This document shows positions 24,990 to 37,873 of a stretch of DNA of 64,000 bases, piece by piece. The stretch's first letter is position 1; each line of letters begins with the position of its first letter. The DNA comes from Balanoglossus misakiensis (lineage: Eukaryota > Animalia > Hemichordata), in NCBI GenBank assembly GCA_040954595.2, contig CM082591.2, forward strand, positions 6,872,047-6,936,046. Reading direction: 5' to 3'. A program made the translations under genes and the position numbers. The notes under the pieces are model-generated. The model ran no database searches, was not told the DNA's origin, and saw nothing but the letters and a program-made list of their open reading frames with translations.

Positions 24990-27900
24990 CTGTTAGGTGA
25001 AACAAAGGTCAAAGGTCAAACATGCTGTATTGCAATGCATTAGGAATATGCTAGAGTTAGTGTTTTATTGTTCATTTTAACAAGAGAAAACATATTAGAA
25101 AAGAAACGAATCATTGCTATGACAACTGAACTACTAAGGGGGAGTTTTTCTACACAATGTTTACAGTGACAAATAACCATGGCAACCAGAGTAACCATGA
25201 GTTTCTTGAACTATTTCTTTTTCTCTGCAATATAGCTAGGAGGAAATTTACTTTGTCTATTTTTGATATTAAAATATACATAAAAGACTATCTTATTTAA
25301 CCATTCAATAGATATACTATCGTTGATGTTGCCATGGTAACACATTCAAAGAAATCAGTTCAAAAATAATCTTTTACTTGTAACTTTTGACTCAGTAGAC
25401 ATTTCATAACAATTCTTGAACTGAGTTTCAGGGATAATTCTTTGGTCCATTATTTTTAGGAAAAAATGTATGATGGTAGCATTATTCACTGGTAACCATG
25501 ACAACTGAACCTCAATGTATTTTGTAAAACATTGGCAATGTGCTAAAGTTAGTGATTTAATTTAACTTTAAACCTTTTTTTTTTTACAAATTTAGCGAGT
25601 TATTGCCATGATATATTTCTGCCAAAGTACTCTTTATGTACACATTTTCCAATACCAAGTAACCATGGAAACTGGTCAAAATGTTAATATCAGTTAATAA
25701 TTCTATTTTTGAAAACAAGTAGCAGAAATATTACCTGAAATTATCACTTTATTTATGGTCTTTGTAACCCATAAAAAATGTTCCTATTCAACTGCTCAAT
25801 GGATTTAGTGACAGTATTGTTGTCATGGTAACACATCTTCACAGATCAGTACAGGAATAATCTTTGCCTTGTAATTTTGGAATTAATAGGTCTTACATAA
25901 AAATACTTGAACAATGTCTCAAGGATCATTGCCTACCTTATACTTGTAGCTTTTCAAACCAGGGCAACAAGACAAACATCAATTTCTGAAACTATTTCTA
26001 TTGCTTTGCAATATAAAGAAAAAAGCTATCTGTCATTTTATTGACAGACTATTATAATACAAAGTATTTCTAACTTTATATACTATCTGTAATGTTATTG
26101 CGCCAAAGATTTTGTTTCTTTTTCCAGCTAACCAGAGATGATCTGCTTTTCAATCAGTAATTGTCATATTGGTGAACAGAGAAGAATTATCTACTCCTTA
26201 GCCGAGAGGGCTGGTACTTTCTTTGACCAGGTGAGTATTTTTGTGAATAAACCCTTGAGAAAATTATTGGTGTAAACCTTTCTAACTTTAAAGAATTTAT
26301 TGGAAAGTAAAATGCATTGTTGGAAATTTAGTGATATATTTTTTTGCAAGAATATACCCTAACCACTTATATAGTGACATCATTGCAGATGATCTGAGAG
26401 ATGGAAAACCTGCAGTTACTTAGGATGAGTCATGATAAATAGTCTGTCTCAACACCACTGGCTGTTCCGGATTGTCACTTAGATAAAAAATTGGTAAGTT
26501 CCTAATTTGAATTACCTTTTTTGATTATTTATAATCAAAACAAAATTAAAGTTTCTTGATATTGTGGAATATCTACATATGACAATTCCAAAGTCAAATG
26601 AAGAAATTGAATGATTGTAGCTAGTGGTTGAAATTGTAGAAATTGAGCATTTTCACCCTGGACCAGAGTTGTTTTATTTCTGGCCACTGTAACAAAGAGT
26701 GAACCTTTCACCCCTTTTTCTTGTGTATGGATTCAACCATACCAATCAAAACAGAGGGTTGAACCACTGTTCTATTTTATATTGCTTTATGCTGTCTGTG
26801 TCTGCCAATAATCAGCCTACTTGTACATTGGACATTTACACACAAATTGGCTCATAGCTTTTCTTTTTTCTATTCTGGCACACCTTGATGCTCCATCAAA
26901 TGCTCTTGCAGAATTGATCATAACAATCTCATCCACATGATATTGATATTGAGTCAATATCTGCACGCATTTTGATGTTTCTAATTTACAGACAAAAGTA
27001 TTCATCAATGACCAGACAGCCAATCTATTCTTGCAAAGAATACAAAGTTGAATTGAAAGATAACAAGGTTGGTATCTTCTGACGTTACTTTGTTTATGTT
27101 TGATCAAGTGAAAAGTTTCTTATAATGATTTTGAACTCTCTGAATTGTTGGTGACCAGACCTCTATTCTCATCTTGCCTCATACTTGTAAAAATTTGCAT
27201 TGTGATGTCAAGGTTTCTGGTAAGTGCCATAAATGTTATGTCATCAAGTTTTCTTATATTATACATTTACACACAATGCAGTTTGGTAGTACCGGTAGAA
27301 GTCTGGCAACCAATGATTCAACATTTACTTGAAGTTTTGAATCAACTGATCCCTTATTATCAACACATGTATTCAACTTATTTTCCAACACTGAGAATGC
27401 ACATACCTGTTTTAGAAGGTTTTGCTGAAACACTGGCTCCCTTTGTTTCCTCAGATATCTCTTTACTTCCTGTAGTAGAGAGATAACTTAGACATTAATT
27501 TTACTTGAAGTTTTGAATCAACTGATCCCGTGGTATCAACACATGTATTCAACTGTTATTTTCTAACACTGAGATGAAATGCACATACCTGTTTTAGAAG
27601 GTTTTGCTGAAACACTGGCTCTCTTTGTATCCTCAGATATCTCTTTACTTCCTGTAGTGGAGAGATGACATAGACATTAATTTTACAAATATTTGAAATT
27701 AAATGTTAGTACATGGTTAATCTTTTCAACAATGACAACTTGCATTTTTTAAATCTACCTATATGAGCTGGCAATTTAACTTAAGGATTTCCTGATGCAG
27801 GAATTATCGAGCAGATTCATAAAAAATCTTACCTTGTTCTATTTCCAATTTTGCATCTTCTTCCAGTTGAAGAGTTTTAGCAGTTTTCAGTTGCAGCTCA

Positions 27901-30900
27901 GTGTCAGATTGCTCATCCTGAATTTTGGATAATTTTGACTTTAGCTCAGTTATGGTTTGTTCTTGCTGTTCAAGTTTAGATTCCAACTCTTGGATGTTTC
28001 TAGGGTCTGATTCTCTCAATCTTTGCTTCAGGGAAATGACATCCATAAGTTGTGTGGCGGCTACTTTCTCAACACTTGCAAGTTTCTGTTTGTACTGCTC
28101 TTCTAAGAGTGACTTTTCCTGAAGTGCTTCTTTCAACTGATTCTCTAGAATCATTTTCTCTGTCTGCAGTTTAGTGATTTCTCCAACTAGCTTTCTCTTA
28201 TTCTCAACTGACTCAGTCTGCAGTTTAGTGATTTCTCCAACTAGCTTTCTCTTATTCTCAACTGACTCTGTCTGCAGTTTAGTGATTTCTCCAACTAGCT
28301 TTCTCTTATTCTCAACTGACTCAGTCTGCAGTTTAGTGATTTCTCCAAGTAGCTTTCTCTTATTCTCCACTGACTCAGTCTGCAGTTTAGTGATTTCTCC
28401 AACTAGCTTTCTCTTATTCTCAACTGACTCAGTCTGCAGTTTAGTGATTTCTCCAACTAGCTTTCTCTTATTCTCAACTGACTTAGTCTGAATTTTGGAC
28501 TTCTCTGTCAGGGCCCCATCCAACAGTTTTTGCAGTTCTTTGAGCTGCTTTGCACTAGCTTCAAAGGGCAGTATGCTTTTTGCTTGTAAGCTGATAGATT
28601 CAGCTGGTATGGGATGAATTGGTCTGCCATGTTGTATGATTTCTTCTTCCAACTCTGAAATGGAGAATGTAGATAAATATATATGTTATTGATAACAAGT
28701 AACCTTCGACATGTATAAAGTTCCATAATTATCACACATAGAGAATGATATTATTGCATAACTATTGTAAAGTTTCATTCATGTTGCACACCAGTGCATA
28801 GCTGTGTATGTTCCCATTACTTTTTATTACAAAGTGCAGCAAACATACTTCCCTTTGTAAAGGAAATGTGCTGTTTGCATCATATTTGCGAATTACCTGA
28901 TTCACTGAACTCCATCCTTTCTGTGTCAGTCATTAGGTACCTTCTAACACCCAGTAACTCTAAGACTTGAGGTCTGTGAGATAGGATATGGTGAACTTTC
29001 TCGGTCATTTTCACTGTAAGTTGTATGATGTCACACTGTCTTCCTTTCTGTCTTTTACACTGCTCACTGTTGAGTATCAGAGGTGCATATTTGTCAGCTG
29101 ACTTCTGGATTTCTCGTGTCGGATCAATCTCAAGGAACAACAACTTGGATAATATCCCACCTGCAAAATACACACAAAATCAGGTTTTAAGTCTTGGCAC
29201 ATGAAGCATCAAATTAAGCTGGTTATGAAGAAAGAATAAGTGGTTCACGGTGTTGAATGTAAAATATAACCCATAACCAGATATCATGGCCACAACAAAA
29301 TCCTTCCTACATAATCCCTCAGATAAAAAAAAAAGTCAGGACATTATAGTGTAAGTGTACACTGACAAGTCAAATATGTGTGTAATTGTCAAGAGAAAAA
29401 TTTGAATAACTGTTAACAAACCATTCATGTCAATAATTATTTACGATTGCATTTGAAACATCATGCCCGATCTCTGAGCATTTGAAAGGCTGAAATGTTG
29501 AAGACAAAAATCCCATGTTGAAGACAAAAATCCATTCTAATATGTGAATATTTATGAAGCCTTATGTGCAGTGTGTGCACATATCCCCCACTGTGTATAT
29601 AAGTGTTCGTTTGAAAATTGTGGTCAGTGTGTTCTAAGCAAAATATATGCCCAAGTTATCTGATCACAGCTGGACCAGAAAGTCAAAAGATGAACAAATG
29701 TGGACTAGAGTACGTACCAAATGTTTCCAGTACTTGACTATTATTTATATTAAATTACTCACTTTGTTTCAGGTCAGTCTGTTCAATATCAACATATTTT
29801 TCTGTAACCTCCCGTTGCAAAGTTAGGTGTGTTCTGTCAACCTGAAATTGGAAGTTATGCTGCATAAAAGGCTTTATCCTTTTACCGGATACATTATGAA
29901 GTGCATAAATTCATCATGCATCCCCCAATCACCGTCATATTTTTTTAGCACTCACAATAAATTGACCTATGTAGTCAACATGACTCTGGAAGACAATAAT
30001 CATCCAAGAGCAGCTTGTCTTGCAATTGATCAGGTGTGGCACTTGAAGGGTTAGAATTACAAAGCATACCTCAGCCAGTATCTCATTGACATATTCATCG
30101 TCTACGCTGTCGTTACATACCACTGGTCCTATTCCTCCACCATCTCCTGAAAGATAATAAATAAAACATTTTTTCTAGGAAATCATATCTGTTACTGTTA
30201 CAACAATTATGTATACACACAGAAGTCATTCAAAATTTAAGTTATCCTACTTCATCTATATGTCAAACAAGTTACATGTACATTGATAAGAAATGTTGAT
30301 ATGAAATCTTTGTCAAATCAACTTGATAAATTAAATACCATGCTTCAGAAAGATTTTTATCTCTTTTGGAAGGCAATTGCAACCAATTTTTTCTGGTTTA
30401 ATCAATAATCTGAGAGTTTTATTATAGCCCTATCTGATAAACAAAACTTACTGTTCAGAAAGAATAGTTCCAGTTCATCAAACCTGGCTTGGTCATATGT
30501 CGCTATCAACTGTAGTGGAATTCCAGCTGTGTTGGCCTCTGTCATTTCATCTGTCATCAAGATTGGTTCTAATGCCTTGGCTAAACTTCTTGAATCTTCA
30601 AGACAGCTTCCCCGCAATCTGTAGAGATTATAAAGTCTACGCATGTTGGCTGTGATTTGCAGAGACTCTGATTTCATACTGGTTATTTCCACTTCACCCA
30701 AATTCTTAGTGCAGACTTTCTTGACTTCCTCAGTGTCATCACTGTTGGATACCACATCAGATGCTCTTCTCTTCAACTGTTGTTTGCAGTTGTTCCAAGC
30801 TGTAGATGCTGCCTGTTGCCTTTCCTCATTCTGGCCCTCATTTTCTGCTAGATACTCCTGGTAGACATTTTCATCCAGTTGGACGTGGATTGCAATTTTT

Positions 30901-33448
30901 GTGTCAGCGGGATTATCTATGGATGATGACAGGTAGAACAACAATTATGTCAGAGACAATAATGACAATAAATTACATACCGGTACATGCACCAAATCAA
31001 TCTGAATTCCTGTTTGGTATGAGCATGGCCTAATCAAAACCGATCACTTGGTGATAGGTTTTTTTTTAGCTATAGACAAGCAGTTCATATCAGTATGTAA
31101 ATTAATGTTGTCATAATTCAAACACGATTAGTAAGTATAAGCCACGATTGGGTTGGGGGAGAATTCATCTACCGTACTAATGGGAGAACCATGGATTGAA
31201 AATTGCTCCTTTAAGAAATGCAGGCACACTGACTAGCCTTGCAGATCAAAAACCATTAAAACCACATGATTGCATCCCAAACAAAAACCTTGCGGGCAAA
31301 ATATTTAAAATGTCCCAATTTACCTGCAGGATTTATATCCATGCCACATGGGTCAACTCTGTCTTCCTGTTCCCTTATTTCCTCTGGTGTCAACAAACTG
31401 CTGAATTTGGCGTAACTCTTTTTGACATCTTCACACTCCATGAGAGCCTTCTTCAGCTCCTTAGCTTCTTCAAAAGCTGACCTGCTGTTCTTGACACTCC
31501 ATATTATCTTCTCTGAAATCTTATCAGATGAGTGTGACACTACAAATTTGTCTGCGTGGTATGGAAAGTATTTCTTGACTAACTTTCCAAGCTGGGAATA
31601 TTCATCAGGATAGGTTGGTAGTCCAACTGCTATAGATTCTAAACCGCTATATGGATAGTCCTTGTAGACAGAGACAGGAAGACAACTGTGAGATTGATGC
31701 ACTGATATCATTAAGGTCTTTTCTGAGTAATCTGGGTGAGGATATGCCATTACATGATTGCTGTTCATCTGCTGTAGAATGTGCTTCAGTTCAGCCTCAC
31801 CTGCTCCCCGTATTGACCAATTCAGAAGTTTGTTGTGAAAGTCTTTCACCGTGTTTGCTGCACTTCCAATAGCAGCTGCTATTGTCTCACATCTGTCCAA
31901 GGCTTCTTGTGTATCAATCTGCCCGTATGTCAGTATGCTGTGAGTAGTCACTCCATCTAGGAATGTTGGGTCTTTTCTGAAAAAGACTTCAGCAGGTCTG
32001 GGGAAAATCTCTTCATGAGGGATCATGTGTAGTTCCCTGCCATCAAAGGTAGCCCGGTATTCATTCTTGAAATGCTCATACATACTTGGACCAATTGAAA
32101 ATATGATGTCAGCTTCACTGGCCAGCTTCAGCATCATTTCACTAAACTTCCCTTTTGGTTGTTTCAACAGACAGTTGCGTTCTTCATAGGCATGGTTGAT
32201 CATCACTAATTCTGCATTAGGAAACAACTTTTTTCTGATATTTGCAGCAGCGAATCCAGTTCTTGGAGCGTAACCAACAACATATTTGATGTTTTGTAGC
32301 TGTCTGAGGTGAGTGTAGTAGATTTCATGATATTTCGTCAACCATTTTAATTGTGGCTGATCATCTTCTGGCTCTGCACTTCTGTCTTCTTCTTGTTGTT
32401 GTGCTGGAATCAATTTAACCCGACACTTGGCAGCATCTGCCTTCTGGTCGTCACTGACTTTGACACCAACAAATGTGGAGTAGGCGTTAACAGGTGTTTC
32501 TTCTTTGACTTTTCTTGCAGAGAAATCTTGTACAAGAGTTCTGTGAAACCCAGTCAAGCCACAATCTTCTTTGTTCCAGTCGTCATACACAAATAATACT
32601 CCAGGAGGTGGATCTGGAAGATGGAGTTGATGAAGTTTGGCTTCAGAGAAGAGACTTTCGTGGATTGCTTTGGCTGCATTCTGTGTCTTTGGAGAATATC
32701 CGACTACATGTTGGATGTTTGTCAGTTCCTTCAGTCCAGGGAAGTATGTATCATGGTGAACAAACCAGTTTACTCCAGGGGGGTCTTCATGAGGATCCAA
32801 CCACTTGTTTCTTTTCGCTGGAATCAAAGTGACATTCACACTCTTTGCATCTTTCTTTTGTTCTTCACTCACTTTAACATCAAGGGTAGTACAGTGGAAT
32901 TCAGAAACTTCATCTGGCTTCAGTTTTTCTTCTCGAAATTCAGTGACAAGTTTGTTAGTTGGTGTTGTTGTCTGATCTTCTGATTCTGTCTGCCAGGTTT
33001 GCATGACCATTAATGCTGCCCCAGGTGGTGGATTGGGAAGTTGGAGTTGATGAAGTTTGGCTTCAGGGAAGAGACTTTCTTGAATTGCTGCGGCTGCTTT
33101 GTGTGTCTGTGGAGAATATCCGACTACATGTTGGATGTTTTTCAGTTTCTTCAGTCCTGGGAAATATGTACCATGGTGAACAAGCCAGTGTTCTCCAGGT
33201 GGATCTTTCTTCGGATCCAACCACTTGTTTCTTTTCGCTGGGATCAAAGTGACATTCACACTCTCCGCATCTTTCTCTTGTTCTTCACTCACTTCAACTT
33301 CAAGGGTAGTACAGTGGAATTCAGAAACATTCTCAGACTGGAGTGTGTTTTCTTTGAGATGTTTGATTATAGCTTGAGTTGGTTGGGAGGTTTTTGCCTC
33401 CTTGTCCCATGATTTCAATACAACCAGTGCTGCAGATGGTTCTGACAT
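24172..33448 (-). CDS. GT4-type glycosyltransferase / TRADD-N-like / coiled-coil / NHL-repeat multidomain protein (~1591 aa); exons 33448-31324, 30916-30452, 30146-30070, 29841-29763, 29160-28897, 28654-27833, 27651-27589, 27469-27407, 24989-24172
   Basis: All junctions are GT-AG with compatible phases. The summed CDS is 4776 nt, divisible by 3. Domain motifs are listed in the exon features. Confidence 0.82.
27833..28654 (-). CDS. Coiled-coil exon with a 54-bp (18-aa) tandem repeat
   Basis: (KLQTESVENKRKLVGEIT) about 6 times, within an E/K/L/Q-rich sequence. Confidence 0.85.
30452..30916 (-). CDS. Exon encoding a TRADD-N-like alpha/beta domain
   Basis: VEITSMKSESLQITANMRRLYNLYRLRGSC..SLAKALEPILMTDEM..GIPLQLIATYD fits, by eye, the invertebrate TRADD-like N-terminal pattern. 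The exon itself is well supported; the domain call is tentative. Confidence 0.6.
31324..33448 (-). CDS. Large exon: GT-B fold family-4 glycosyltransferase ('GT4-conflict'-like) preceded by two extra copies of its N-terminal subdomain
   Basis: VLFVYDDWNKEDCGLTGFHRTLV, YVVGYAPRTGFAA, ELVMINH, ASEADIIFSIGP, ILTYGQ, WSIRG and DYPYSGLESIAVGLP (EX7E-equivalent region). Confidence 0.78.
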
Positions 33449-33604
33449 ATTTACATTCCTGCTGGGAAGAAGTATACCAGTATACAGTACGGTATAATAC
33501 TGCTGTACCGGTAGGTGATGGTGAAATTTGTTTCAGGGAAAACTTGACAGTATGTAATTAGTATTGTGACATATTCATGACTGCGTACTCTACCGGTATA
33601 CTTA

Positions 33605-33748
33605 AGCAATAAAACACCCCCAGCCATGGTATATCACGAGATTTTGACCAGTTCACGACATATACGCACGAGCGATAGCGAGTGCGTATATGGAGTTGAA
33701 CTGGTCAAAATCGAGTGGTATACCATGGCTGGGGGTGTTTTATTGCTA
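33605..33748. repeat. Long hairpin element with a CGAGCGATAGCGAG core
   Basis: ~65-bp inverted arms AGCAATAAAACACCCCCAGCCATGGTATA.../...TATACCATGGCTGGGGGTGTTTTATTGCT. Confidence 0.8.
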
Positions 33749-35945
33749 TTATATTATGCCAGTATATTGAAACTTTGCATAAAACATTTTAAAAAGGCAT
33801 TTTCTTAAACTATGATATATGACTGTGGTATATGGCTAATATATCACGGTCACGTGTCGTGTCTCGACCAATCAAATAGCGTGATTTACACCATCAATAT
33901 ACTGGTATAATATACTACGTGATATGACATGATTGTAAAGCAGCTCCCTAAAGGTCAAATGAGGTCACAGTCAGTGTAAAGCCAGGACACAACATGAAGG
34001 ATTAAATATTAACCATAGTCTGCATGTTGCATCATGTCCTACTGTGATTGACAGAATAGTTGGAGCTTAAATTGGAAGTGGCCTGACCAGAGGTTCCGTT
34101 AGATTTTTTTTCTATGCGTACTTCAATACGCATTCAGAATTAACTTTGCGTAAAATGTATCAAAATTGTATAGGAAGTTGAAAGCCTGTAACAGAACATC
34201 ACCGTACAGTGTTGCAAAGTTTAATCTGTAATGTTGCCTGAGTGAAAATTGCAACATTTCTGTGCGTTAATGTTGCAAAGTTACATGTGAGTCCAGTTAT
34301 TTTTAGCTTGTGAGCCTTGCCTATAGAATTTCCTTATCTCTAGTGGCTAGAGTCAATACGTACTGGTGTACGCGTCCATCATTGTCTTTGCGTAATTATG
34401 GTCAGAAAGGCGTAAAATATGCAGGATTTTGCGTTAATGGAACCACTGGCCTGACTATAAATAATAATTCTCATACAGTGGTCGACAGAATTACAAAATG
34501 AGGGATTATTCTGCCAGGGATATGTTGAACAAATGGAGGTTTATATATGAAAGTTCTAATGTCTTCAACAGTGTACATACATTAAAACAGAAGTTTGGAG
34601 TGTATGAAGCAAAGAAAATTAATTGTTCAGATATTCAAATCAAGAAATGTCTGAACTATAGAGTGCGTTGAATTTTAGGGTTGGACTAATCGGACGACTT
34701 TTGAAATGATCAACTTCAAACAACAACATACCTGTTGACAGCTCTAACAGAGCAGCTGAACCTCCCACAGGACACGGCTTGTTTCCAGGTAGATTAATAA
34801 ATGCACAGATCCACAAATTTTGGAGGAAGTTGATTCTCATCAGGCAAAATCAGCAGAAAATCCCGGAGTTCAGTTATGGGCGTACAGGAGTACTACGTGT
34901 GGGTTGTCATGTGATATCTGTGTTGTACCCAGGTACTTATTGACACAGTCAGGACAAGGTCAAAGTTCATTCGCTATCACCAACGTTCAGTTTGTGATAC
35001 AAACAAGGAGACTACTTATCATTGTATGCATGTCAACAATAGAATGCAACAGCTAGTATGAATAATGAGGATTTATTGGGGCATGTCGTCTGTAGTTTTT
35101 AAAACTTCTAAAGGTGCTTATTATACTCTTCAAAAACCTCACTGCAACTTCACGTGTTAATAGTACCTAATTTTCATGGTTTCCTTGGTAACTTATTTAC
35201 AAACTTAAGCAGGTTATTCATAATGTTGATATCATGATGTCAAAGCAGTTTTTGAGTTTGTTGCCATGGTTTTCAGAAGCCCTGTGACTGCATGTGGAAC
35301 AGTGATCTAAGTACAACCAGCTAGAACTGCCCAGTGACATGGAAAGATTTGATTCTCAACACCACTGTAGCCTATATTAGTGGAGCGGCCAAACCCTAAT
35401 TTTCATAGCGATTGTGCATTTTGTGATAAAAGCACCAAACTTGGCTCAGATGTGTGTTAATGTGTTCTAAACAAATTCAGATAGCGAGCCACTAAATATC
35501 TGTTGATGAGTTTCCATGGCAACCAATTTTTCAAAATGGCCACCAATACAGATAATTTCACCCACCAAATAACAACTGTAAACACCAAAATAAATTTAGA
35601 TAACTATATTTGATACAAGGAACTGTGGAAAGAATAATTTGCAAAGATATTATGGTTACTAAACTACTTATAGGGGTAGGTAAGTTATCAAAACACAATT
35701 TAAAGGCGCAACTTTTAATCCCTTTGTTCTCGGATTAGTGTCTATGGTCAAACATTAGGCTAATTGCGATATTTTTAATAAACTGTCACTGTATGTGTAT
35801 GTCATGATAATACAGAGAATATTTATATATAATCTCCCAGTATTTCGAACGAGTATTACGTCTGCGAGGGACGAGTGACTCCCCCATAGCAGCCGTATCC
35901 CTCCGAGCCGATAGGCGAGGAGGGATACAGCTATGGGGGAATCAC

Positions 35946-37357
35946 GATATTTTGAAAATCTGCACAAAGCTGAACTTAGTATTGTAGGTTGAGCTTCATT
36001 TTGATCTGCGTACGCCTTTTCCCCTATAGAGGGCGCCCTTCCAAAACATGGTGTCATCTCCAAGCAGACAACACAAATTAAAATGAGTTCAGCATGCCGG
36101 AAGTAAAATTGATAATTAGGATATGCACAAATTACTTAGGATTATGCAAATGGTTTACAATCATGTTTATTAAAGTCTGCATGGCATCAGCATGGCATAA
36201 ATTGTTTAGATAGATTTATTATTGATTGTGATAAAATGTGAGCTTTTTGAAAAATATTGCTTTAAGAAAAAGTTGATTAAAAGATGGCCAATTTTGAGAT
36301 TTGCAAATCTGGGCATTTATTGAAATAATACATATCTTTCTGAACCAACTGTGTGTTTTGCTTAAAGCAAACACAAATCTGTTATCAAACAGAAAACTGA
36401 GCAACACTCATTATTTTAGATAAAGTCATTTTTGTTTTTGGATAATTGTGCATTTCAATTCAAAACACAAATGTGTGATAAAATTATGGAATTATGAAAA
36501 ACATAATTTTTTTTTCTAACTTTGTGTAAAACTTACAGAGTTTATGCCAGATATTTGTATGCATTTGTCTAGTATGTTCACATTCAGAAAGCTAAATTTA
36601 AATATAGAATGTACTAATAGTTGCAAAACGCTATAATATATGTAATTTATAGAATTTTAGAAAATATTTCCTTCAGCTACAAAGTATCTTCTCTCAATTT
36701 CAGGAGTAATCATCAGAAAAGGTATGGATACAAACAATTATTGTCTTTTTTAAAATTGCACACAATTGTCAGTTCTCATTTTTGGTGATCATTTTTAGAT
36801 GAAAATAAAGAAATGGCAAAAACATAATACAAACTCATCTTTTGGAATCACTTTGGAATCACCAACGTAGTGGTGGTGGTGTTTGGCGGCGTAATTTTGG
36901 AGTTGGTCACAGACAGCTGCTTTCATATTGGACCGTACATGTCTGGGTCGGTCGTCAACAGAATCTCAACCTTATCTGACATTTCAATTTATTTGCAGTA
37001 AATTTATTCATGCTATTCATATCATGTAATCTATGACATCAACATGTATATCTATGACTTCGACATTGTACATGTATATCAGAATTCGGTTACATAAGCA
37101 TTTTGAACAAGTCTAATGTTATACATGAAATACATGCACTCTATGGATATAAGAAATGGACATGTAAAAATCTGTCAGCAACATAGAAAACAAAGTATAT
37201 TGTTTTTCATTTTGATTTTAAGACAAGTTTTCAGTGACACGTGTTCTTGTTATATACTGACAATATGATTAGGAGGAATGGCTATGCCGTCAACACAAGA
37301 TAGCATCACCGCAAAGTTTAGATTGCACAGAACACAGTGTACACATCGCCATTACGA
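35946..37357. repeat. Diverged third copy of 21897-23096
   Basis: Collinear similarity. It lacks the MITE insertions and retains about 600 bp missing from the other copies. Confidence 0.8.
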
Positions 37358-37873
37358 AATCAACAGGTTGCATTTTTTGTCATTGAATGGGACGTCCCAT
37401 TTGTTAAAAGAGGGGCTGCTTTGATTAAAAGTGAAACTAAAATATGCAAGATATATATGCTCATAAATGACATTTTTGTTGCTTTCATGAAAGTGATCAT
37501 TTTCCCAAATTATGGAATTTTTATATGCGTCTCAACGTTTTCGCCAAACGACAACCCCACCCCCACATCATAGCAGATAAATGCTGTTGCCAATTTCACT
37601 GGTATTTGAATATCGGCACAGCCATTTTTAAGTATGGGTAGTGAGGACAAAGGGAAGTTGTTTTATAATAGGTGGCGTTTGTGACGGTAGAACGTGTCGT
37701 TTAGTGACGACACACTGTAAAATCGATCACTTTTGAACATAAGAGTGTTGCGAATTTTCGGATTTGTGACAAAGGCCACGTTACAGACGTCACTTGACTA
37801 TAAACATACCACCAGAGCGGACAACTAGAACTTATTTTTAGAGAGTGGTCATCGCACTGTTACCACACAGGAA

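Larger units (their letters stand above)
18670..27690. repeat. Segmental duplication, copy 1 (matches about 53300-63470)
   Basis: Near-identical collinear non-coding and coding sequence at an offset of about 34.6-35.9 kb. Confidence 0.95.
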
